Assembly: GCA_003208875.1 (NCBI GenBank)
Contig: QCUR01000004.1
Location: 64,001-128,000 of the forward strand
Direction: 5' to 3'
Length of the DNA: 64,000 bases
Origin: Prochlorococcus sp. AG-679-M23
GTDB lineage: Bacteria; Cyanobacteriota; Cyanobacteriia; PCC-6307; Cyanobiaceae
Shown: one piece after another, positions 46,711-56,621 of the stretch
Position numbering within the stretch: the stretch's first letter is position 1
How the letters are laid out: every line of letters begins with the position of its first letter
Notes under the pieces: model-generated
Told to the model about the DNA's origin: nothing
The model's input: the letters and a program-made list of their open reading frames with translations, nothing else
The model's database searches: none
Program-made: the position numbers and the translations under genes

Positions 46711-47694
46711 TTGGCAATTAAAAACTTATTAATAACAGGTTCTAACGGATGTGTTGGTCAATATTTGATTGATTGGTTTTTAAAAAACACTCGATTTAGG
46801 CTTTATCTTATGGTAAGAGATAAAAATAAGCTCCCCCTTGCTATACAGAAGAACAAACGAATTAAATTGCTTATATGTGATATCAGAGAATGCAATAGAT
46901 TTAGTAAAGAAATTAGTAAGATAAATTTTCTTATCCACACTGCAACAGCTTGGGGTGATCCAAAAAGAGCCTATGATGTAAACATAAAAGCATTCGAAGA
47001 GTTACTAGGAATGCTTGACAAAGATAAATTAGAGAAAATTATTTATTTTTCAACAGCCAGCATACTCAACAAACAATGTGAATTAATGAGAGAATCTTTA
47101 ACTTATGGGACAGAATATATTCAAACAAAATATAAGTGTTTTGAAAGACTTAAAGAGAGCGCATTTGCAGAAAAAACATTCGCAGTTTTTCCTACATTAG
47201 TTTTTGGAGGGACTCTTAATAAAAGAAGTAAGTATCCCGTAAGCTATTTAACAAGCGGTTTGAAAGAAATAAATAAATGGCTTTGGTTGGCAAGATTTCT
47301 AAAACTTGACTCAAAGTTTCACTTTATACATGCCAATGATATTGCACAAATTTGTGGATTTCTTATTAAAAATCATAAGGAAGAGAATTACAAAGGGTTC
47401 AAAAAGTTTGTATTAGGTCAAAACTTTATTTCAATTGATGATGCGATAAATATCCTTTTAAACAGAAACGGAATAAATAGATATTTTTCCATCCCCTTAA
47501 CAAAAACAATCATGAAAATATTATTAAGAGTGCTTCCTATTCAGATGACTCCTTGGGATAGCTTCAGCATAAAAAAATATGACTTTAACCATGTGCACAT
47601 AACGAATCCTGAGAAATTAAATTTAAAAAGTTATGCTAGATCCCTGCAAGATGTTTTAAGGTTATCAAAGTTACCAGGTTGTAATATCAATTAA
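46711..47694 (+). CDS. NAD(P)-dependent epimerase/dehydratase (extended SDR)
   Basis: ITGSNGCVG, YIQTK (YxxxK), FHFIHA. Confidence 0.8.
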   Translation: MAIKNLLITGSNGCVGQYLIDWFLKNTRFRLYLMVRDKNKLPLAIQKNKRIKLLICDIRECNRFSKEISKINFLIHTATAWGDPKRAYDVNIKAFEELLGMLDKDKLEKIIYFSTASILNKQCELMRESLTYGTEYIQTKYKCFERLKESAFAEKTFAVFPTLVFGGTLNKRSKYPVSYLTSGLKEINKWLWLARFLKLDSKFHFIHANDIAQICGFLIKNHKEENYKGFKKFVLGQNFISIDDAINILLNRNGINRYFSIPLTKTIMKILLRVLPIQMTPWDSFSIKKYDFNHVHITNPEKLNLKSYARSLQDVLRLSKLPGCNIN

Positions 47695-47752
47695 ACTTCT
47701 CGCGAATTAGTTCCAAAAACCTTGTAATATATATAAATAGTAAATTTAAATT

Positions 47753-48103
47753 ATGTTACGTTCATTTTTTACGGGTTTTTTTGCAATAGTTTTAACTCTT
47801 GGCCTAGGAATTTCTTCTGTTTCTGCTAAAACTGTTGAAGTTAAGCTTGGTACTGACGCTGGAATGTTAGCTTTTGAACCAAGTTCAATAACTATCAGTA
47901 CAGGTGATACTGTTAAATTCATCAATAATAAATTAGCTCCACATAATGCTGTTTTTGATGGCCATGAAGAATTAAGTCATGCTGATTTAGCTTTTGCTCC
48001 TGGCGAATCATGGGAAGAAACATTTGATACAGCAGGAACTTTTGACTACTATTGTGAGCCTCACAGAGGTGCAGGGATGGTAGGTAAAGTTATTGTTGAA
48101 TAA
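47753..48103 (+). CDS. petE: Plastocyanin
   Basis: Signal peptide; PHN and [10 protein letters not shown] copper ligands. Confidence 0.97.
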   Translation: MLRSFFTGFFAIVLTLGLGISSVSAKTVEVKLGTDAGMLAFEPSSITISTGDTVKFINNKLAPHNAVFDGHEELSHADLAFAPGESWEETFDTAGTFDYYCEPHRGAGMVGKVIVE

Positions 48104-48107
48104 AATC

Positions 48108-48161
48108 CTTAATTAATTAAAAAATATTCACTAAATAGTGCAATTATTTTAATTAATTAAG
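48108..48161 (+). terminator. Long AT-rich hairpin after petE (terminator or 3' stabiliser)
   Basis: Perfect 15-bp inverted repeat CTTAATTAATTAAAA / TTTTAATTAATTAAG with inner CACT/AGTG stem. Confidence 0.55.
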
Positions 48162-48179
48162 TTTATTAAATTGGATTAA

Positions 48180-50762
48180 ATGAAAATTTCCCCAAGTGAA
48201 TTCTCAAATTCTGCTTGGGATATTTTTATTTTATCAAAGGAAATTGCACATAATAATTTTCAGCAAAATGTAGATTCTGAAAATATATTGCTTGCACTAA
48301 TAAAACAAGATATTTTTACCTCTAAAATTCTAAAAAAAAATTGTGTAAATATTAGAAAGATAGAAACAAAGTTAAATTCTTTATTGAATGCGAAAGCAAA
48401 AATGAAGAATAAACAAAAAACTCTATTTATAGGCGAAACCACAGAAAAAGTTTTTTTAAAAGCAAACGATTTAAGAGTTTCGTTTAATGATGTAGTGATA
48501 TCAACAGAACACATACTTTACGGTTTAACATATGATGAAGTTTGCAATGAATTAGTTTTAAATACAAAAAAAATTCCGGAATTTTTAGAACTTTTAAATA
48601 AGATGAAATCTGAATCCACGATTAATGATAATTTTGAAAGTTCAAATGAAACTTTAGATAAATTCGGCATTGATCTTACGAAATCAGCTAGGGATGGAAT
48701 CCTTGACCCTGTTATTGGAAGGGATGAAGAAATCAGAAGAACAATCCAGATTTTAAGCAGAAGAACCAAAAATAATCCTATTCTAATAGGAGAACCTGGA
48801 GTGGGTAAAACTGCAATAGTAGAAGGTTTAGCGCAGCGAATAGTTAATGGAGATGTCCCATCTTCATTAAATAATAGGCAATTAATATCAATCGATATGG
48901 GTTCATTAATAGCTGGAGCAAAATATCGAGGCGAATTTGAAGAGAGAATTAAAAATGTTTTAAAAAAAGTTAAAAGTTCTGAAGGTAAGATTATTCTTTT
49001 TATAGATGAAATTCATACAGTTGTTGGAGCTGGAGCAACTGGAGGATCTTTAGATGCCAGTAATCTTTTAAAACCAATGCTCGCAAGGGGGGAATTAAGA
49101 TGTATAGGTGCTACGACAATTAATGAGCATAAACAAAATATTGAAAAAGATCCCGCGCTTGAAAGGAGATTTCAGAAAATAAAAATTAACGCTCCTTCAG
49201 TAGATGATACGATTTCAATACTTAGAGGGCTAAGAGAAAAATATGAGGTTCATCATAGTGTAAGAATTTCTGATAATGCTCTTGTTGCAGCTGCCAGCTT
49301 AAGTGAGAGATATATAAATGATAGATTTCTACCAGATAAAGCAATCGATTTAATTGATGAAGCCGCTTCAAGATTAAATATGGTAATTACATCCAAACCA
49401 GAAGAAATTGATGAAATTGATAGAAAAGTTTTACAACTAGAAATGGAGAATTTATCCTTAAAAAGGGAATCAGATGATTTTTCTTTAGAAAGGCTAAAAA
49501 GAATTAATAATGAGCTTCAAGATCTTAAGATTAGGCAATCCGAATTAAATAATCAATGGAGAAAAGAGAAAGAAGAAATTGATGAGATTAGTAATTTAAA
49601 AGAAGAAATTGAATCTACTCAATTAAAAATAGAACAAGCCAAAAGAAGTTTTGATCTCAATAAAGCAGCAGAATTAGAATTTGGAACTTTAATTTCTTTA
49701 CAAACAAAATTAAAGACAAAAAGTGAAAATTTAGTAGATTCTTTTAAAAATGGTGAAAAGAATCTTTTAAGGCAAGAAGTTAATTTTGATGATATTGCGG
49801 AAGTTGTCTCGAAGTGGACTTCTATCCCAGTAAATAATTTAAACCAATCTGAAAAAGAAAAACTTTTAAAACTTGAATCAACTCTTAAAGAAAAAATTAT
49901 TGGTCAAAAAAATGCTATCTGCGCTGTTTCAGATTCAATCAAGAGATCAAGGACAGGACTAAATGATCCGAATAGACCAATAGCTAGTTTCTTATTTTTA
50001 GGGCCAACAGGAGTAGGAAAGACTGAACTAAGCAAAGTAATAGCCAAAACAATATTCGACTCAAATTCATCAATAACGAGACTAGACATGTCAGAGTATA
50101 TGGAAAAGCATTCTGTAAGCAAAATTATTGGTGCCCCTCCAGGGTATCTAGGTTTTGAATCAGGAGGCCAATTAACCGAAGCCGTGAGGAAAAACCCTTA
50201 CTCTCTTATACTCCTTGATGAAATAGAAAAAGCCCACAAAGATGTTTTGGATATCTTATTACAAGTTCTTGATGATGGAATTATTACCGATGGGCAAGGA
50301 AGAACAATTAGTTTTAAAAATTCAATAATTGTTCTTACAAGTAATTTAGGAGGTCAATCTATAAACGATTTATCTATTAGGAACGAAGATAAAAATGAAA
50401 TTAATAATGTTGTGCACGTTGAATTGAAGAAATTTTTCAAACCAGAATTCTTAAACCGCCTAGATGAAATAATAATATTTCAAAAGTTGGAATTAAATGA
50501 ATTAAAAGATATAGCTAAAATTCAACTAAAGAACCTAGAAAAAAGGCTAATCAAAAAAGACTTTAACTTTAAAATTACAGATGAGGCTATTGACCATCTG
50601 GTCAAAAATAGTTTTGATAATAGTTATGGAGCTAGGCCATTAAAAAGGATTATTCAAAAAGAAATTGAGACAAAAATTGCAAATAATATTCTCAATAACA
50701 ATTATTTAAATAAAAAAGAGGTTTATATTTCTATTAAAGATGGATATATATTTGTAGATTGA
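48180..50762 (+). CDS. clpB: ATP-dependent chaperone ClpB
   Basis: Clp N-domain, GEPGVGKT, coiled-coil M-domain, [15 protein letters not shown]. Confidence 0.93.
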   Translation: MKISPSEFSNSAWDIFILSKEIAHNNFQQNVDSENILLALIKQDIFTSKILKKNCVNIRKIETKLNSLLNAKAKMKNKQKTLFIGETTEKVFLKANDLRVSFNDVVISTEHILYGLTYDEVCNELVLNTKKIPEFLELLNKMKSESTINDNFESSNETLDKFGIDLTKSARDGILDPVIGRDEEIRRTIQILSRRTKNNPILIGEPGVGKTAIVEGLAQRIVNGDVPSSLNNRQLISIDMGSLIAGAKYRGEFEERIKNVLKKVKSSEGKIILFIDEIHTVVGAGATGGSLDASNLLKPMLARGELRCIGATTINEHKQNIEKDPALERRFQKIKINAPSVDDTISILRGLREKYEVHHSVRISDNALVAAASLSERYINDRFLPDKAIDLIDEAASRLNMVITSKPEEIDEIDRKVLQLEMENLSLKRESDDFSLERLKRINNELQDLKIRQSELNNQWRKEKEEIDEISNLKEEIESTQLKIEQAKRSFDLNKAAELEFGTLISLQTKLKTKSENLVDSFKNGEKNLLRQEVNFDDIAEVVSKWTSIPVNNLNQSEKEKLLKLESTLKEKIIGQKNAICAVSDSIKRSRTGLNDPNRPIASFLFLGPTGVGKTELSKVIAKTIFDSNSSITRLDMSEYMEKHSVSKIIGAPPGYLGFESGGQLTEAVRKNPYSLILLDEIEKAHKDVLDILLQVLDDGIITDGQGRTISFKNSIIVLTSNLGGQSINDLSIRNEDKNEINNVVHVELKKFFKPEFLNRLDEIIIFQKLELNELKDIAKIQLKNLEKRLIKKDFNFKITDEAIDHLVKNSFDNSYGARPLKRIIQKEIETKIANNILNNNYLNKKEVYISIKDGYIFVD

Positions 50763-50814
50763 TATTTTAATAATATATAAATTTAAACTTTAAATAAAAA
50801 CTTTTAAATAAATC

Positions 50815-51279
50815 TTAAAACCACTCTGGGAATCTTTCATAACTAGCAGAATTTGATTTATTTTCTTTTGATTCAGTTTTCCAGCAACATGTTCTTCCTT
50901 TATCATTATCCTTCAAGTATTCATTAGCCCATTGCCAAATCATTTCAGAAGAAAATTCCATTCCAACATTATCCATAATCTTCAAATTTAAAGCATCTAA
51001 ATCATGTAATTTCCTCCAGTAATTTAATAAAGGGTCATCACTATTTACAAGAAATGTATGATCAAACTGTTCTTTAAGCCTTTTCTCAAGAGGTTTCAAA
51101 CCAGAAAAATCAACCACAAAACCATTTTTATCCAATTCTTTCGCAGCAAACCAAAAGGTAAATGTCCTCGAATAACCATGAACAAATCTACAGTGTCCAT
51201 CATGGCGCCATTGCCTATGAGAACAGGGAAAATCCTCATAACTTTTGCTGCAAGAAAATTTTGATGAATGAATATCCAT
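50815..51279 (-). CDS. queD: 6-carboxytetrahydropterin synthase / PTPS family
   Basis: SHRQWRHDGHCRFVHGYS, VVDF, FDHTFL. Confidence 0.8.
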   Translation of the reverse strand: MDIHSSKFSCSKSYEDFPCSHRQWRHDGHCRFVHGYSRTFTFWFAAKELDKNGFVVDFSGLKPLEKRLKEQFDHTFLVNSDDPLLNYWRKLHDLDALNLKIMDNVGMEFSSEMIWQWANEYLKDNDKGRTCCWKTESKENKSNSASYERFPEWF

Positions 51280-51342
51280 TAATAAACTGATAAGATAAAC
51301 TTTAGTAAAACAAAGAGTAAGAGGTCTAACACATTAAATATA

Positions 51343-52008
51343 ATGGCTTATTCAAAAAATTTTTCCATAGAAGAACTTCGTTTTGATAATAATGGATTAA
51401 TCCCTGCAATAGCACAAGATTGGTTAGACGGATCCATTCTTATGTTGGCTTGGATGAATAAAGAATCTTTAAATAAAACACTCGAAACAAGAAATGTACA
51501 TTACTGGAGTCGATCTAGATCCGAGATATGGAGAAAAGGAGCAACGAGCGGAAGTACCCAATTTCTTAAAGAAATTAGATTTGATTGCGATAATGATGCA
51601 CTTGTTCTTTCGATAGAACAGAATGGCTCAGGGGCATGTCATACAGGCGAAAAAAGTTGTTTTTTCAATGAAATAGATAGTAATTCAATTAATAAAACAG
51701 CAAAGAAAATAAGTCCTTTTTCTAATATTTGCTCAGAATTATTTGATACACTTAATGAAAGATCAATTAATCCTATAGAAAAAAGTTATACAAATCATTT
51801 GTTAACAAAAGGTAGTAATACTATCTTAAAAAAAATGGGAGAAGAAACTGCTGAATTTATTATGGCGTGCAAAGATAATAACAAAGATGAAATTGCAAAT
51901 GAAGCTTCTGATATAATTTATCATCTTCAAGTTGCATTGCTACATAAGGGAGTTAAGTGGAGAGATGTACTAAATGTTCTTGAATCAAGAAGGAAAAAAA
52001 ATAATTAA
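51343..52008 (+). CDS. hisIE: Bifunctional PR-AMP cyclohydrolase / PR-ATP pyrophosphatase
   Basis: WRKGATSG, DCDND, ACHTGEKSCF, SYT, KMGEE. Confidence 0.95.
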   Translation: MAYSKNFSIEELRFDNNGLIPAIAQDWLDGSILMLAWMNKESLNKTLETRNVHYWSRSRSEIWRKGATSGSTQFLKEIRFDCDNDALVLSIEQNGSGACHTGEKSCFFNEIDSNSINKTAKKISPFSNICSELFDTLNERSINPIEKSYTNHLLTKGSNTILKKMGEETAEFIMACKDNNKDEIANEASDIIYHLQVALLHKGVKWRDVLNVLESRRKKNN

Positions 52009-52058
52009 ATACATATAAATTGGTAAGTAAAAATTTAATCAAATTAATAAATAATTAT

Positions 52059-52090
52059 TATTAATTAAATATTAATTAAATATTAATTAA
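52059..52090. repeat. Tandem 11-bp repeat TATTAATTAAA x3 (third copy 10/11)
   Basis: Copies at 52059, 52070 and 52081 inside a 56-nt A/T-only tract (52041-52096). Confidence 0.8.
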
Positions 52091-52157
52091 TTATTACATG
52101 TATAGCTTATTAAGAAATTAACTATAAGTTAAATACATTACGTAAAAGGTGTAAATC

Positions 52158-53081
52158 GTGAGTTCATTAAGCGATTTTCTTGGAGAAATAGGTCGTCATC
52201 AACTTTTGACACCAGAGAAGGAACTCACTATGGGAAGAAAAGTCCAAGAAATGGTAGTACTTATCAATAGATGTCAAACAGCCGGTGGTAAAGGTCCTGA
52301 TTGTGAATATTCCGAAGAGGAAAAAAAGAAAATAAAAATTGGGGAAAAAGCTAAGAATGAAATGATTACGGCAAATCTAAGATTAGTAGTTAATCTTTCA
52401 AAAAGATATCAAGGGAAAGGTTTAGATTTATTGGATTTAATTCAAGAAGGCACTCTTGGACTTACGCGAGCTGTAGAGAAATACGACCCTTCAAGGGGGC
52501 ATAGATTCTCTACTTACGCTTACTGGTGGATAAGGCAGGGACTAAACAGAGCACTCTCAACGCAAAGTAGAACAATAAGAATACCAGTAAACATTAATGA
52601 AAAGCTTACTAAATTAAGAGCAGCAAAATCAAAATTAATGCAACTTAAAGGTTTTCCTCCCACTAGCATTGAGTTAGCAAATGAACTGAAAATCACTAAA
52701 GAGGAGATAGATGAGCTACTTTCTTGTGAATTAAAGAGTATCACTGTAAGTCTTCAAGGTACGGTAAAATCAAAGTCGGATCCATCTGAACTTGTTGATA
52801 TTCTGCCAAGCGATCAAACGCCTCCAATGGAATTAGCAGAACTAGCTGAGAGGACAGCCTCTGCATGGACATTATTAGACAAGGCAAATCTTACTGAAAA
52901 AGAAAGAAAGATTGTAAGCCTAAGATTCGGTTTAGATGGTTCAAATGAATGGAGAACTTTAGCAGAAGTTGCAAGACATATGAGTTGTAGTAGAGAATAT
53001 TGCAGACAAGTTGTACAAAGGGCCTTGAGAAAGCTTAGGAAAGCAGGAATCCAAAATGGACTAGTTGATAGTGTTAGCTAA
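52158..53081 (+). CDS. Group 2 RNA polymerase sigma-70 factor
   Basis: No region 1.1; ANLRLVV, DLIQEG, FSTYAYWWIRQ, region 4 TLAEVA...SREYCRQ. Confidence 0.93.
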   Translation: MSSLSDFLGEIGRHQLLTPEKELTMGRKVQEMVVLINRCQTAGGKGPDCEYSEEEKKKIKIGEKAKNEMITANLRLVVNLSKRYQGKGLDLLDLIQEGTLGLTRAVEKYDPSRGHRFSTYAYWWIRQGLNRALSTQSRTIRIPVNINEKLTKLRAAKSKLMQLKGFPPTSIELANELKITKEEIDELLSCELKSITVSLQGTVKSKSDPSELVDILPSDQTPPMELAELAERTASAWTLLDKANLTEKERKIVSLRFGLDGSNEWRTLAEVARHMSCSREYCRQVVQRALRKLRKAGIQNGLVDSVS

Positions 53082-53108
53082 AAGTCATTAATTAACTAAA
53101 TTAAAATT

Positions 53109-53483
53109 ATGAATAATAGCTATTACGAAAACAAAGAAAAAATTTATGATGCAGAGGTTTTAGAAAGTTCATCATTAGATGAAAATATCATTATAAAAAT
53201 CTTAATAAGGGCTGGCAGAACTATTGCAAAACCAGCTTTAGAAGTTCTAGAAATGGCCCTCGATCCTTTTACTCCAACGCAAGTAAGAGTTTCCTTAATG
53301 GCCGCACTAGCTTATTTAATAATGCCATTTGATCTATTCCCTGACTTTATGCCTTTAGTAGGTTACAGTGATGACTTTGTTGCCCTCACTGCAGTTTTAA
53401 GTATCTGGAGTAGATATATGACTCCATCAATAAGAGCAAGGGCAGAAAGGAAACTTAATAAATTATTTCCTTTTATTAAATGA
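53109..53483 (+). CDS. YkvA / DUF1232 family protein
   Basis: ALAYLIMPFDLFPDFMPLVGYSDD. Confidence 0.88.
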   Translation: MNNSYYENKEKIYDAEVLESSSLDENIIIKILIRAGRTIAKPALEVLEMALDPFTPTQVRVSLMAALAYLIMPFDLFPDFMPLVGYSDDFVALTAVLSIWSRYMTPSIRARAERKLNKLFPFIK

Positions 53484-53800
53484 GTAAGCTATCTCAGCGA
53501 GAAGAAAAAGAACTTATGTCTTTTATTAAAGATTGGTTAAAATCCCATGGATATACACAAAAAGATCTAGCTAATGAATTAAATATCAAATCAAGCCGAA
53601 CCTCCGAAATTAATCAAAAAGTTAAAGAATTTTATAAAAAAGGAGGAATTTTCAATATTATAAAAAATCTCATAAAGATAGAACAAAACTGGCTAAACAA
53701 TATTCGAACTAATTCTCAAGGAATAAACGAAACTCACCCATATAATCAATTAGATATCGACTCCTTAGTTAACCAAATAAAAAAAGATAGTAGTAAATAA
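53480..53800 (+). CDS. Hypothetical protein with XRE-like helix-turn-helix
   Basis: IKDWLKSHGYTQKDLANELNI; 4-nt overlap with the upstream gene. Confidence 0.6.
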   Translation: MSKLSQREEKELMSFIKDWLKSHGYTQKDLANELNIKSSRTSEINQKVKEFYKKGGIFNIIKNLIKIEQNWLNNIRTNSQGINETHPYNQLDIDSLVNQIKKDSSK

Positions 53801-54014
53801 ATATTTAAACTAAGCAATTTTTTTATTTAAAACATACTTACTTACTTATATAGAGAATATTTTAAAAATCATTTTTATTAAAATTTAAATTATTTCTATA
53901 TCATTTTTCTCATTAAATATAAAAACTTATTTTACAAGTTAAAAATTAATCGCAGTTCTAATAATAAATAAAATTAACTAAAAGATTATCGCTTTTTTAT
54001 TAATTAAAACTTTA

Positions 54015-54287
54015 TTAAAATGCTTGGATCCATGGATAAATATCAAAATTAATCCATATACCTTCTTGCCAATAAATATCTTTCTCAATTAGTTCTCTTA
54101 ATTCATTTTCATTATTAGCATTAAAAATAGCAAATAAATATTTTGTACATTTAGTAGGTCCTAAAGTAATTAAAATATTTCTATCTTTTAAATCCCCAAG
54201 TCTATCAAGATGATTTTTACGGAATGGTTCCCTTTTATTAATTGCATCATCACAATACTGGCCAAATACTATAAATTTTTCCATCAT
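54015..54287 (-). CDS. YciI family protein
   Basis: REPFRKNHL, LGP, DIYW. Confidence 0.85.
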   Translation of the reverse strand: MMEKFIVFGQYCDDAINKREPFRKNHLDRLGDLKDRNILITLGPTKCTKYLFAIFNANNENELRELIEKDIYWQEGIWINFDIYPWIQAF

Positions 54288-54324
54288 TAAAAGATAACTA
54301 ATTGAATAAATATATAATTAATAA

Positions 54325-54354
54325 TTGCACAAATTACACACTAATTGCTATGTT
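54325..54354 (+). promoter_or_regulatory. Putative sigma-70 promoter for cyAbrB
   Basis: TTGCAC-18 nt-TATGTT with extended -10 TG. Confidence 0.35.
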
Positions 54355-54383
54355 AATTAAGAATAACTTTTTATTAATTTATT

Positions 54384-54743
54384 ATGCTAAGCGGTAGCGA
54401 TCTCCTTGCTAAAGTTAAAGAACTTGGTGATGTAAGTAAGTCAGATCTTGTTCGTGCATGTGGATATGTTTCCACGAAAAAAAATGGAAGCGAACGTTTA
54501 AATTTCACTGCCTTTTATGAAGCACTTCTCGAAGCAAAAGGCGTTAACCTAGGCGATGCTGGAGTTGCTGGTATTGGTAAGGGTGGCAGAAAATTAAGTT
54601 ACATCGCGACAGTACAAGGAAATGGTAATCTTTTGATTGGAAAAGCATATACTGCACTTTTAGACTTAAAAGCAGGTGATGAGTTTGAAATAAAACTTGG
54701 TAGAAAACAAATAAGATTATTACCTTCAGTAGAATCCGCATAA
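54384..54743 (+). CDS. Cyanobacterial AbrB-like regulator (cyAbrB)
   Basis: LSGSDLLAKVKEL...CGY...FYEALLEAKG...VQGNGNLLIGKAYT...GDEFEIKLGRKQIRL. Confidence 0.92.
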   Translation: MLSGSDLLAKVKELGDVSKSDLVRACGYVSTKKNGSERLNFTAFYEALLEAKGVNLGDAGVAGIGKGGRKLSYIATVQGNGNLLIGKAYTALLDLKAGDEFEIKLGRKQIRLLPSVESA

Positions 54744-54768
54744 ACTAATATTTTAAATATAAAAAATT

Positions 54769-54795
54769 AAACCCCTTTTCATTTAGGGGTTTTTT
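54769..54795 (+). terminator. Rho-independent terminator (possibly bidirectional, cyAbrB/trpA)
   Basis: AAACCCCT-8 nt loop-AGGGGTTT followed by T-run; A-rich upstream. Confidence 0.75.
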
Positions 54796-54833
54796 AATAA
54801 AATAAACTTACAAAATTAGCTTTAAAATTACAC

Positions 54834-55673
54834 TTATTGATCAGCAGCTTTACGCATTTCTTCACAAAATTTACCAATTTTATTTACAACTGCCTTTTCA
54901 TTACTATTAGATATTCTTTTAACAAATGCACTCCCTATAATTACTCCATCTGCTCCCCATTTGCAAACTTTATTAACATGTTCAGGGGTAGATATTCCGA
55001 AACCAACCGCGACAGGATTAATGCTTATTTCTTTTAATTTTGTAATAAGGTTCTCTACTCTATTTTCCATTTTGTTTCTCTCTCCTGTGACTCCTGTAAC
55101 GCTAACTAAATAAGTAAAACCTTTTGTATTATTTGATATAATTTTCATTCTTTCAGAGGGAGTAGTAGGAGCAACTAATAATATCAAGTCTATAGAATAA
55201 GAACTAATTATTTCTGAAAATTTATATGCTTCTTCCAAGGGTAGATCAGGAATTATTAATCCTGCAACTCCTGCTTCTGATGCCAATTCACAAAAATTCT
55301 CAAGTCCAAAATTTAATATTGGATTAAAATAAGTGAAAAGTATTATTGGGATATGCAATTTATCTTTGAGAGACTCTAATAATTTGACAACCTTTTTTAA
55401 GGTAGTTCCTGACTTTAATGCTCTAGATGCTGACAATTGAATGATTGGGCCATCAGCAAGAGGGTCGCTATAAGGGATCCCCAATTCAATAAGATCAGCA
55501 CCCTTATCTTGCAACTTTAATAAAATCTCAGAGGTAATTTCAATATTAGGATCACCTGCCATTATGAAAGGCATCAATGCTAATTTATTACTTTTCTTTA
55601 GTTCCAAAAACTTCTTATTTATTTTTGATAAAATTTCATTTTTAGGAATTTGCCTTTTCTTGTTTTCTTTCAT
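54834..55673 (-). CDS. trpA: Tryptophan synthase alpha chain
   Basis: MAGDP, ELGIPYSDPLADGPIIQ, VSVTGVTG, VGFGIS. Confidence 0.97.
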   Translation of the reverse strand: MKENKKRQIPKNEILSKINKKFLELKKSNKLALMPFIMAGDPNIEITSEILLKLQDKGADLIELGIPYSDPLADGPIIQLSASRALKSGTTLKKVVKLLESLKDKLHIPIILFTYFNPILNFGLENFCELASEAGVAGLIIPDLPLEEAYKFSEIISSYSIDLILLVAPTTPSERMKIISNNTKGFTYLVSVTGVTGERNKMENRVENLITKLKEISINPVAVGFGISTPEHVNKVCKWGADGVIIGSAFVKRISNSNEKAVVNKIGKFCEEMRKAADQ

Positions 55674-55711
55674 GAATTTTCGATATTTTTAATTAATAAA
55701 TCTTTAGGGGT

Positions 55712-56032
55712 TTATGGATTTTTTTCTAAATCTTCCATTAGTTTTTCCTGCTCTTCTTTTGATAATAAGTTAAATTTGATTTCTAGTTTATCATTCACAA
55801 TTTTTTCATACTCTTTTCTATAGCGCTTCCTTTGTTCCATAAAAGTCATTTTTCCGTTTAAAACTCTAAGAACATAAGATGAAACCCAAGTTATGACAAT
55901 CACAATCAAGATAAAGTTTGAGATAGTACTAGCTGTAAAGTTATCAATACCGATTTGTGGTGCTAATTTATAACTTAATAGTCCTAATAATGAGATTAAT
56001 AAACCTATTTGTAAAACCTTACCTTTAGTCAA
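55712..56032 (-). CDS. DUF3007 family membrane protein
   Basis: Two TM segments; SYVLRV..GKMTFMEQRKRY. Confidence 0.82.
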   Translation of the reverse strand: MTKGKVLQIGLLISLLGLLSYKLAPQIGIDNFTASTISNFILIVIVITWVSSYVLRVLNGKMTFMEQRKRYRKEYEKIVNDKLEIKFNLLSKEEQEKLMEDLEKNP

Positions 56033-56036
56033 CTAT

Positions 56037-56270
56037 TTAACCTTTGCTATTTCCTCTTAATCTGAGATTTAAAAATGGAGAAAATATAATCAAACCTGGA
56101 AAAAAGAGAAAGACTAATCCATAAATTATTAATCTCTCAAATTTTCCCATAACATTCCATCTATTATTCATCCAGTAAAAAAGTATTAACGGAATAACAA
56201 ATAAATAAATAGAAATAATTCCAACGTAGGAAATTAAAGCAGCAAATGAATTATTTAAAATACTTTCCAT
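56037..56270 (-). CDS. ndhL: NDH-1 subunit L
   Basis: YLFVIP...RW...[26 protein letters not shown]. Confidence 0.92.
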   Translation of the reverse strand: MESILNNSFAALISYVGIISIYLFVIPLILFYWMNNRWNVMGKFERLIIYGLVFLFFPGLIIFSPFLNLRLRGNSKG

Positions 56271-56349
56271 TTAAAATTCTGGTTTATTTAGTTAAAACAT
56301 AACAACTATTAAAAGTTATCGTAAGAACTAAAAATAATTAGTTTAAGAA

Positions 56350-56435
56350 TGGGAGTGGGGGGACTTGAACCCCCACGAGCTAAAGCGCTCGACGGATTTT
56401 AAGTCCGGCGCGTCTACCAATTCCGCCACACTCCC
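56350..56435 (-). tRNA. trnL: tRNA-Leu(UAA), intron-less, CCA not encoded
   Basis: Acceptor GGGAGTG/CACTCCC, D-loop GGAATTGGTAGAC, anticodon loop CTTAAAA, long variable arm CGAGC/GCTCG, T-arm GGGGG-TTCAAGT-CCCCC. Confidence 0.97.
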
Positions 56436-56436
56436 A
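56396..56436. repeat. Direct repeat copy 1 (5' half of the intact tRNA-Leu; att-like)
   Basis: 40/41 identical to 57898-57938. Confidence 0.92.
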
Positions 56437-56621
56437 TAAGGAATTTGCGCTTTTCAATCGTAGCGGAAAGTATACCAATTAACCAAAAAATATCCCAATA
56501 TTTACACTTTTCTGGAATAGATGGATGCGCCAGAGTAATGATTATTTATTCATTACTGAATAAATAATTGCCTCTTCACAGTCTTTTAGCTAGCAATTAT
56601 GTAATTAACATAATAAAAAAG

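Noticed and set aside
46931..46939. Perfect DnaA box TTATCCACA
   Set aside because: Isolated and inside a CDS; no cluster or adjacent unwinding element.
51280..51342. preQ1 riboswitch upstream of queD
   Set aside because: 63-nt divergent promoter gap with no recognisable preQ1 stem-loop and A-rich tail.
52041..52096. A/T tract as oriC unwinding element or CRISPR array
   Set aside because: No DnaA boxes seen nearby, no spacers between the repeats, and no cas genes in the window.
56350..56435. Group I intron in tRNA-Leu(UAA), or the 1.5 kb insert being an intron or split tRNA
   Set aside because: The tRNA is contiguous and complete at 56350-56435; the second copy is a redundant 5' half, and no group I core was recognisable.
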